Positions 36,574-43,703 of a stretch of 43,703 nucleotides of DNA are shown in pieces (position 1 is the stretch's first letter; every line of letters begins with the position of its first letter). Position numbers and translations under genes: made by a program. The stretch lies in the sequence record DRR723986_5863. The stretch is one strand, 5' to 3'. The notes beneath the pieces are model-generated. The model made no database searches, had not been told where the DNA came from, and worked only from the letters and a program-made list of their open reading frames with translations.

Positions 36574-37518
36574 ATGGCGCAGAGCCGCAGACAACGAGAC
36601 ACGCGGAAAGACCTTTATTCAGAGGTCACGGATAAAATCATCGCGGAACTGGAACAGGGGCGCGCGCCGTGGGTGCAGCCTTGGGGCGGGGTGGAGGGGG
36701 CAACGCCGCTTGGCCTGCCGGAAAACGGAGCGACCGGGCGGCGCTATTCCGGAATCAATATCCTGCTGCTGTGGGGCGCGGCGATTGAACAAAGCCGTTC
36801 CTGCCAGACATGGCTCACCTTCAAACAGGCGCTGTCGCTTGGGGCAAGCGTTCGCAAGGGCGAGCGCGGCGCCACGGTTGTTTATGCCGACCGCTTCACG
36901 CCCAAAGCCGAGCGCGAGCGGGCGCGGGAGACGGGCGAAGCGCCCGGCACCGTGCCGTTTCTGAAACGCTATACTGTGTTCAACGCCGACCAGTGCGACG
37001 GCCTGCCGGATGACCTCGCCGCCAACGCGCCGGACCTGCCGGAGCGCGAGATTATCCCCCGCGCCGAAGCGCTGATTACAGCGACGGGCGCGGATTTCAG
37101 GATTGGCGGCGACCGCGCTTTTTATGTGCCGTCCAAGGATTTCATTCAGGTTCCGCCGCAGCCTGCTTTCTTTGACCAGATCAATTATTACCGCACCTGC
37201 TTTCACGAGCTTGGCCACTGGACCGGGCACCCGAAACGCCTCGCCCGTGACCTAAAGGGCGCGTTCGGCACCAAGGACTATGCCCGCGAGGAACTGGTCG
37301 CCGAACTCGCCAGCGCATTCATATGCGCAGACCAGTCCATCATCCCGACCGTGCGGCACACTGATTATATCGCCTCATGGCTGGAGGTCCTGCGCGAGGA
37401 CAAGCGCGCCATCTTTCGCGCGGCGTCCCTCGCATCGAAGGCCGCTGACTATATTCTCGCTTATGTCGCGCCGGACCCCTGCAGCGCTGCCGCAGCGATG
37501 GAAGCGGCGGCATGGTGA
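36574..37518 (+). CDS. ardC: ArdC antirestriction / ssDNA-binding protein with zincin-like domain
   Basis: GAGGAGG RBS; LYSEVTDKII, PWVQPW, YSGINILLLW, HELGHWTGH, YAREELVAE. Confidence 0.93.
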   Translation: MAQSRRQRDTRKDLYSEVTDKIIAELEQGRAPWVQPWGGVEGATPLGLPENGATGRRYSGINILLLWGAAIEQSRSCQTWLTFKQALSLGASVRKGERGATVVYADRFTPKAERERARETGEAPGTVPFLKRYTVFNADQCDGLPDDLAANAPDLPEREIIPRAEALITATGADFRIGGDRAFYVPSKDFIQVPPQPAFFDQINYYRTCFHELGHWTGHPKRLARDLKGAFGTKDYAREELVAELASAFICADQSIIPTVRHTDYIASWLEVLREDKRAIFRAASLASKAADYILAYVAPDPCSAAAAMEAAAW

Positions 37519-37730
37519 GGCAGATAAACAAAAGGTCCGGGGGACATTTTGTCTGCCGAACGAATCCGCCCTTTCGCATCAGCCGACTCGACGCCGCCCT
37601 TGCATCGCTTGACGCTCAGGACATTGGCGCATGGGCCGTGCTGGTCTGCGGCTGTTTCCACATTTTCGAGAGCGAGGGGGCGGCGCATCGCACCTACCGC
37701 CTCTGGCTTGAAAACCGCCCCGTGCGCTGA
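37512..37730 (+). CDS. Hypothetical protein between ardC and parB
   Basis: Start overlaps the ardC stop and the ORF fills the gap; no recognisable motif. Confidence 0.35.
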   Translation: MVRQINKRSGGHFVCRTNPPFRISRLDAALASLDAQDIGAWAVLVCGCFHIFESEGAAHRTYRLWLENRPVR

Positions 37731-37777
37731 CGCGCGGGGCATCCCTCAAAACTGCACATCATGAAGGAGGCAACGCC

Positions 37778-39550
37778 ATGCAGTTAAAACATATCCCCAT
37801 CACCGACATGAAAGTGTCCCGGCTCAATATGCGCCACGGGCGCAAAGCGCCCGACATTTCAGACATCTACCCATCGATAAAGTCGCGCGGCGTGTTGCAG
37901 ACCATGTTGGTCCGCAAGGAGGGCAAGAAGTTCGGCGTCGTCGCCGGACGCCGCCGTTTTTTTGCGCTGAAACGCCTCGCCAAGGAGACAGGCAAACCGC
38001 AGAAAGCGCCCTGTCTTGTGATGCAATCCGGCGATGACATCGCGGCGCTGGAAGCGACTCTTGTCGAGAACACCACCCACCTGCCTGTCGACGAGTTTCA
38101 GCAATATGAGGTCTTTGCCCGGCTCGCTTCAAAAGGCGAGACCGTAACGGCGATTGCCGAGCGGTTTGGCGTTACCGAGTTGATGGTGCGCCGGGTGCTG
38201 GCGCTGACCGCGCTCACCGACGATGTGAAGGCGCTTTATCATGCCGAAGTGATCGACAAGCGGACGCTTTCTGCGCTGACGCTCGCGACAAACGAGCAGC
38301 AGGAAGACTGGCTGACCCTGTTGAACGCGGAAGACGAATACGCCCCGCGCGGCGAGCAGCTGAAAGACTGGCTCACAGGCGGCGGTCGCATCACCACCGA
38401 CAAGGCTTTGTTTGACCTCAATGCCTATCAGGGCACCATCCTCACCGACCTGTTCGGCGAGAATGCCATCTTCGGGGATGCTGACCTGTTCTGGACTTGC
38501 CAGAATGCGGCCATTGCCGTCATGGCCGAACGCTACCGGAGTGAAGGCTGGGCCGAAACCGTGGTGCTGGAACGGGGCGCGCACTTCCTGACATGGGAAC
38601 ATGGCAAGCGCAGCCGGAAAGAGGGCGGCAAGGTCTATATCGAAACCCGCCATGACGGTTCCGTCACTGCCCATGAAGGCTATCTGCCCTTAAAGGACAT
38701 CGAGAAAATCGAGCGCATCCTTGGCCGGGGCGGCGACGGCGAGGATGGCAAACCCGCCGCGAAACCGGAAATGTCCGGGCCGATGGCGGAGTATGTCGCC
38801 TTGCACCGACACGCCGCCGTCAGGGCAAGCCTCTGCGATGCGCCCGGCGTCGCGCTGCGTCTTGCCGTCGCCCACCTTGTCACCCGCTCGGATAACTGGC
38901 GTGTGGACGTTGAGCAGCAGCGCACACGGAAAGAAGCGACAGCGGAAAGCCTCGCGGCCTCGGCAGGCGAGGCAAAATTCGCGGCGCATCGCGCCAAGGC
39001 GAAAGCGCTGATTGGGCAGGACGACCAAGACGGTTCGCTGGTGGCGGAGAATGCTTTTCGGGCCGACCCGTGCGAAACCTTCGCCCGGCTTCTGACACTC
39101 AGCGATGACGAGGTTTTGCACATTCTCGCCGTCGCAATGGGAGAGATCTTGCAGGCGGGTTCAAATGCTGTGGAAGCCGCCGCGCATGTGACGGGCATCG
39201 ACTTCGCCGCGCTCTGGTCGCCCGATGAAGCGTTCTTTGACCTGCTGCGCGACAAGCGCGTCATCAATGAAATGGTCGCCGAGATTGCCTCGCCATCCAC
39301 CGCGCGGTCGGTGCTGACCGACACGGGGAAGGCCCAGAAATCGGTTATCCGCAACCGGATCGCCGGGCACGGGTGCGACCCCGACCCGGACTGGCGGCCC
39401 CGCTGGATGCGTCAGACGCCATCCTCTTATCTTGACGGCGCGTCCTGTCCGCCCGCCGAAGCGTGGGAAACCGTCAGGGGTCTGTTCGAGGGCAGTGATG
39501 ATACAGCCTCACCCGAAAACCCGGAGACGGAGACAGCCATCGCCGCCTGA
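37778..39550 (+). CDS. ParB/RepB/Spo0J-family protein (long ICE type)
   Basis: AGGAGG RBS; SI..RGVLQ, VAGRRRF, VEN, HTH IAERFGVTE..VRRVLAL. Confidence 0.9.
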   Translation: MQLKHIPITDMKVSRLNMRHGRKAPDISDIYPSIKSRGVLQTMLVRKEGKKFGVVAGRRRFFALKRLAKETGKPQKAPCLVMQSGDDIAALEATLVENTTHLPVDEFQQYEVFARLASKGETVTAIAERFGVTELMVRRVLALTALTDDVKALYHAEVIDKRTLSALTLATNEQQEDWLTLLNAEDEYAPRGEQLKDWLTGGGRITTDKALFDLNAYQGTILTDLFGENAIFGDADLFWTCQNAAIAVMAERYRSEGWAETVVLERGAHFLTWEHGKRSRKEGGKVYIETRHDGSVTAHEGYLPLKDIEKIERILGRGGDGEDGKPAAKPEMSGPMAEYVALHRHAAVRASLCDAPGVALRLAVAHLVTRSDNWRVDVEQQRTRKEATAESLAASAGEAKFAAHRAKAKALIGQDDQDGSLVAENAFRADPCETFARLLTLSDDEVLHILAVAMGEILQAGSNAVEAAAHVTGIDFAALWSPDEAFFDLLRDKRVINEMVAEIASPSTARSVLTDTGKAQKSVIRNRIAGHGCDPDPDWRPRWMRQTPSSYLDGASCPPAEAWETVRGLFEGSDDTASPENPETETAIAA

Positions 39551-39992
39551 CACGCCTCCCGTCAGCGGCATGGTTTGAGACCGTCCGGCTTATCTTGCCG
39601 GGCGGTCTTTTCCTGTTCGTAACGCGGATGGAAAGATACGACTCAACATGGATGTTTCCTTACAAGTTGCCCTGTCTGTCCCCGACAGATAGGCCGTGGC
39701 CGCCAGTTCCAGACACCTTTTGCCCTGCACGAAAGACGCCCCGAGCGGCCCCGTTTCCTTGCCTGACCTGGACGACCGCCTGCGGGCCATGAAACCGCCC
39801 ATCGCCAGAAATTTCCTCTGCGGTTCGGTCTGAAGAAGACCGAACGCGCATTCACCGCGAAACAAATTTCAGCCGCCGGGCGGTGCTCCGCTTCGCTGCG
39901 CCCCATCCGGGTTCAGACCCGCCGCCGGCCGTCCCTTTTCGGTCAGCGTCAACGGAGCCATCGGGGCTCCCGCGACAAAGCCAAAAGGAGAT

Positions 39993-40322
39993 ATGAAAAT
40001 GGCTAACGCACTTGGATATGTCAGCGAAACAGACACAGGCTTTGAAGGCGCACTCGCCATGATGAGCCTCAACACGCCGATCCGCATCGTCAAGAATGAC
40101 GAAAAGACCGCCGACAAACAGCCCGACTTCAGGGTCTATGCCGGAGAGAAAGGCTCAGATATCGGCGGCGGATGGGTCCGCACCGCGAAGTCTTCGGGCC
40201 GGGAATATGTCTCACTCACCCTCGCAGACCCGATGATCGGCCCGCGCAAAATCTATGCGAACCTGGCCCCGGTCAAAGACACAAATGGCCGTCACGTCAT
40301 CCTCTGGAACCCACAGGGTTAG
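39993..40322 (+). CDS. DUF736-family protein (second, divergent copy)
   Basis: KQPDFRVYA, IGGGW, SGREYVSLTLADP, IYANL; AGGAG RBS. Confidence 0.88.
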   Translation: MKMANALGYVSETDTGFEGALAMMSLNTPIRIVKNDEKTADKQPDFRVYAGEKGSDIGGGWVRTAKSSGREYVSLTLADPMIGPRKIYANLAPVKDTNGRHVILWNPQG

Positions 40323-40345
40323 ACGCCGAAACAATACCCAAGACG

Positions 40346-40380
40346 CCGCCCCGGAGACTGACTCCGGGGCGGTTTTTTTT
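40346..40380 (+). terminator. Intrinsic terminator
   Basis: CCGCCCCGGAG-actga-CTCCGGGGCGG followed by T8. Confidence 0.92.
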
Positions 40381-40500
40381 ATGCGTCTTCCTTGGTTAAA
40401 ACGCCGGGGAAAAATGCTGACGGCGTATTTTCCCTCTGCAAAAACCCGCAATCTCCACCAATCCTTTCGTCTTGAAAGCGATGAAAGGACACTGCGTATA

Positions 40501-40743
40501 ATGACAAAAAACAGACGAAATGAGCGCCGCGATGATGGCTGGCCGGAGCTTTTAAGCGTTGAGGAAGCGGCAGAGTTTCTAAGGCTGAAACGCTCAACCC
40601 TTGACCATTATCGCTGCGAAGGACGAGGGCCGATTTACCGCAAACATGGCGCGCGGGTGTTCTATCCGAAGCCCGATCTCATCCGCTGGTCAGAACGCAA
40701 TTCCTATGCGTCGACCTCCGAACGTCTGCAGAAACCGGAATGA
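40501..40743 (+). CDS. RdfS-like excisionase / helix-turn-helix protein
   Basis: LLSVEEAAEFLRL..STL..YR..GRGP.YRKHG.RVFY...DL..W; directly upstream of traF as in ICEMlSym. Confidence 0.88.
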   Translation: MTKNRRNERRDDGWPELLSVEEAAEFLRLKRSTLDHYRCEGRGPIYRKHGARVFYPKPDLIRWSERNSYASTSERLQKPE

Positions 40744-41240
40744 AGACGCGCACGCTCTGGATGACCGGATTGGCCGCTGGTCTTGTCCTGTTCGGTTTGG
40801 TTTTCGATCCTGCCGACCGCCTGATCTGGAACCGCACGGCGAGTGCCCCGACAGGGCTTTACTGGCTGAGCGACGCGCCCTTCACCCATGGCCGATGGGT
40901 CGTCGTCTCCAGCCAGAGCATGCAAGCGACCTGGGCTCAGCAACATGGGTTTGTCGGCGAAGACTGGCCGCTTTTGAAACAGATTGCCGGAGTTACCGGC
41001 GATGAAATCTGCCGGACCGAACGCGATATTCTGATCAATAACGAAGTTGTGGCGGAAGCGCTGACTGTCGATTCCAGTGGCCGAAACTTGCCTGTCTGGG
41101 ACGGCTGTGTCCGGCTAAAAAGCGATGAATTTTTCCTGCTGACGCCGCATCCGGCGTCGCTCGATGGGCGGTATTTCGGCCCCACAAAACAAACAGATCT
41201 CGATGGCGTCGCCATCCCCATATTCAGGGTCAGAGACTGA
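40740..41240 (+). CDS. traF: S26-family peptidase (TraF pilin-processing protease)
   Basis: IWNRTASAPTGLY, PLLK, SLDGRYFGP; ATGA overlap. Confidence 0.92.
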   Translation: MKTRTLWMTGLAAGLVLFGLVFDPADRLIWNRTASAPTGLYWLSDAPFTHGRWVVVSSQSMQATWAQQHGFVGEDWPLLKQIAGVTGDEICRTERDILINNEVVAEALTVDSSGRNLPVWDGCVRLKSDEFFLLTPHPASLDGRYFGPTKQTDLDGVAIPIFRVRD

Positions 41241-41457
41241 CAGGCTGCAAGCGGATGCAAAGCGATACAAGCACATGCAAGGGAATCAGAAGCGAACCCG
41301 GTAGGGCGAGATTGAAGCAGTGGCACCACATGCCACCTAACGCCTTGTCTGCACATCTCATTTTTGGAACCCTTTGCACAGCATTGCGGTGCACGGGTTT
41401 CCGGCAAGTCTCAGATTTATCGAGGGTTTTTCTGGTGCACGGGCCGGAGGCCGCGCC

Positions 41458-43383
41458 ATGAGCGAGGAGACGCCCTTCACGCCGCGCCTCGGGCGGATCG
41501 GCGATCAGGGGAAAGGCTCAGGACGGCGGGCTTCGCGCAAGCTGCGCCGGGCGATCGCGAAGCTGCCTAGGGCGACGCGGCCCGCCTTCACAGGCGCGCG
41601 TTCCGGAGCAGGTCGCGCCGCCGGCACGCGCGGGCTCAAGAGCGGGCGTCTTTCACGCCTGCATATGCGCCGCGTCGTGGTGAAGGTTCATATCGCACGC
41701 GGCGGACGCTCCGGGCCCGGCCTTTACCGTGCCCATCTTGGCTATCTCCAACGCGACGGTGTGGACAGGGGCGGCGAAGGCGGTGTGCTCTATGACCGGG
41801 AGAGCGACAGCGTCGATGCGCGGGGCTTCCTTGAGCACAGCGAGCAGGACCGGCACCAGTTCCGTATCATCGTCTCACCGGAAGACGGCGCGCGCCTCGG
41901 CAACCTGAAAAGCGCCACCCGGGAACTCATGGCGCAGATGGAGCGTGACCTTGGCAGGCGTCTCGACTGGGTGGCTGTCGATCATCACAATACGGGGCAC
42001 CCGCACACTCATATCGTCATTCGCGGACGCGATGCGCGCATGCGCGATGTGGTGATCGCCCGCGACTATTTGATGAACGGCCTTCGCGAAACCGCCGAGG
42101 ACCTCGTCACGCAGCGGCTCGGTCCGCGGCGGGCGCTGGAGATTGCGCAGGCGCGTGAGAGCGAAGTGAGCCAGGATCGCTGGACCGGGATCGACCGCGA
42201 GATCGATGCGGCTCTTTCGGGCGGGCGTATCGAGCTTGATGACGCGAGCGGCAGCGGGGCACGGTTCGACCGCGCGGTGAAACTCCAGCGGCTTCGGCAT
42301 CTGGAATCCCTCGGCCTCGCAACGCGGCTCGATGAGCGGGCCTTCGAGATGAAAACCGGCTGGCAGGACAAGCTCAAACGCGAGGCCCGACGTGGCGACA
42401 TCATCCGCACGCTGGCGGCGGAATACACGCGGCAGGGAAAAACCTTCTCCTTCATCGAGGAGCTGAAGCCCGGAACTGACCGGGTGCGCGGGCTCGTGAA
42501 GGCTTACGGCCCGGAAGATGAGCTGCGCGACACGCGCTTTCTGCTGGTCGAGGATTTCGATGGCCGGGTCTGGCATGTCCCGGCAGGCGCAGTCGATATG
42601 GCGGCACCGCCTGTTGAAGGCGCAGTGGTAGAGTTGAAGCGGGCGAGCACCGTGGCCCGCGCCTCCGACCGGGCCATCGCGGCCGTAGCGGAGGCTGCGG
42701 GCGGCATCTGGTCGGAGGCGCTGCATGCGCGCCACGATCCGGGCTCGAAACCGGATTACCGGCTCTCCCTGAAACGCAGGCTCGAAGCCCTGCGCCGGGC
42801 CGGGATCGGCGCGCGGCTTGCCAGCGGCGAATGGCAAGTGGGTGAGGATTTTCTGGAGCGGGCGGCGAGCCATGAGGCGAAGCGCGCAGGCGGGGTCCGA
42901 CTTGCTGTCCTGTCCTGGGTGCCAGCCGAAGAGCAGGTGCGCCTTCAAGGTGAGACCTGGCTCGATCGGTCGACAGATGCGGAAGCGCCAGCCGAAACGC
43001 AGATCGGCAGGCTCCGGACACAGCGACAGGCATGGCTCCGTGAGCAAGGCTACCTTGGCGAGGGGCAGGACCGCCTGTCAGACGATCAGCGTGCACGTCT
43101 TCGGGTCATGGAGCTGACACGCGCCAGCGCCGCGATTGCGGCGCGCACCAGCCGTGAAGCGGTCACGGTTCAGCCCGGCGACGGGTTCGAAGGCACGCTC
43201 GAAGGCCATGTCGATCTCGGGGCCGGACGCATGGCAATTGTCGGCAATGCCAAGGAGTTCACCCTCGTACCCTGGCGCGAGGCGCTCGGTCGACAGATCG
43301 GCCGCGAGCTGAGCATCCAGCGCACCGCGCGGGGCCTCTCCTGGAGCCTCGGCATGGAGCGCGCACGGGGCTTGTCGCGCTGA
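41458..43383 (+). CDS. Relaxase, RlxS/VirD2-like with DUF3363 C-terminus
   Basis: RRVVVK, HLGYLQRDGV, FRIIVSPEDG, DWVAVDHHNTGHPHTHIVIRG, FTLVPWR. Confidence 0.94.
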   Translation: MSEETPFTPRLGRIGDQGKGSGRRASRKLRRAIAKLPRATRPAFTGARSGAGRAAGTRGLKSGRLSRLHMRRVVVKVHIARGGRSGPGLYRAHLGYLQRDGVDRGGEGGVLYDRESDSVDARGFLEHSEQDRHQFRIIVSPEDGARLGNLKSATRELMAQMERDLGRRLDWVAVDHHNTGHPHTHIVIRGRDARMRDVVIARDYLMNGLRETAEDLVTQRLGPRRALEIAQARESEVSQDRWTGIDREIDAALSGGRIELDDASGSGARFDRAVKLQRLRHLESLGLATRLDERAFEMKTGWQDKLKREARRGDIIRTLAAEYTRQGKTFSFIEELKPGTDRVRGLVKAYGPEDELRDTRFLLVEDFDGRVWHVPAGAVDMAAPPVEGAVVELKRASTVARASDRAIAAVAEAAGGIWSEALHARHDPGSKPDYRLSLKRRLEALRRAGIGARLASGEWQVGEDFLERAASHEAKRAGGVRLAVLSWVPAEEQVRLQGETWLDRSTDAEAPAETQIGRLRTQRQAWLREQGYLGEGQDRLSDDQRARLRVMELTRASAAIAARTSREAVTVQPGDGFEGTLEGHVDLGAGRMAIVGNAKEFTLVPWREALGRQIGRELSIQRTARGLSWSLGMERARGLSR

Positions 43384-43499
43384 CTCCATGCACGCCTTTG
43401 CAGGGCGTTGCGCGCTTTGGCGCGCTTTGCGGCTGGGCGCACCCGCCCGCGCGCGACCATTCTGGGAGCCTACAAAACCTGCTCCCGGAAGGACCCGCC

Positions 43500-43703
43500 A
43501 TGACCGGCACGAAAATCCTCATCGGCCAGATCGCGGTGGTGTTTGCGCTCATCATCGGGGCGGTCTGGCTGGCTACCCAGATGACGGCGGAGGCGCTCGG
43601 CTATCAGGTCGCGCTCGGCGCGCCCTGGTTCTATGTCGGGGAGACGCCGGTCTACAAACCCTGGCGGCTCTTCCAGTGGTGGTATGCCTATGAGGCCTAT
43701 GCG
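43500..43703 (+). CDS. traG: TraG/VirD4 coupling protein, N-terminus only (truncated by window end)
   Basis: My translation: MTGTKILIGQIAVVFALIIGAVWLATQMTAEALGYQVALGAPWF...PVYKPWRLFQWWYAYEAYA, typical ICE TraG start. Confidence 0.88.
   Translation, partial: MTGTKILIGQIAVVFALIIGAVWLATQMTAEALGYQVALGAPWFYVGETPVYKPWRLFQWWYAYEAYA

Larger units (their letters stand above)
1..43703. mobile_element. tRNA-integrated ICE, Tn4371/ICEMlSym-like (P-type trb T4SS), incomplete on the right
   Basis: tRNA end + integrase, trbBCDEJLFGI, DUF2285 activator, ardC, parB, rdfS-like HTH, traF, relaxase, traG. Confidence 0.92.

Noticed and set aside
41875-43047. 390-aa antisense ORF and other long shadow ORFs
   Set aside because: They lie opposite well-supported genes in high-GC DNA and show no recognisable motifs.

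Overview
The window is the left part (about 43.7 kb, right end not reached) of an integrative conjugative element (ICE) of the Tn4371/ICEMlSym type, inserted at the 3' end of a tRNA, most likely tRNA-Asp. The host is an alphaproteobacterium; Hyphomonadaceae-like is an inference only. Order: tRNA 3' end, tyrosine integrase, then an unusual overlapping pair of extra arm-type tyrosine recombinases. Next come cargo genes (a nucleotidyltransferase-family gene and a TetR-regulated acyl-CoA dehydrogenase/lipase/TonB-receptor module) whose borders carry degenerate 28-29 bp 11-(6/7)-11 palindromes. These are followed by the mobile mystery protein A/B (Xre/Fic) pair, the trbBCDEJLFGI transfer operon (minus strand), a frameshift-free FseA-like DUF6499/DUF2285 activator and a heavy-metal island (P1B-4 ATPase, czcCBA, MerR, CDF). 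The window ends with ardC, parB, DUF736, rdfS-like, traF, relaxase and the start of traG. The most novel signal is the recombinase pair plus the palindrome-delimited cargo, which looks like an integron/dif-module-like gene-cassette system nested in the ICE. All calls come from reading the sequence and recalled family motifs; no searches were run. Several start codons were moved downstream of the ORF track on RBS/overlap evidence.
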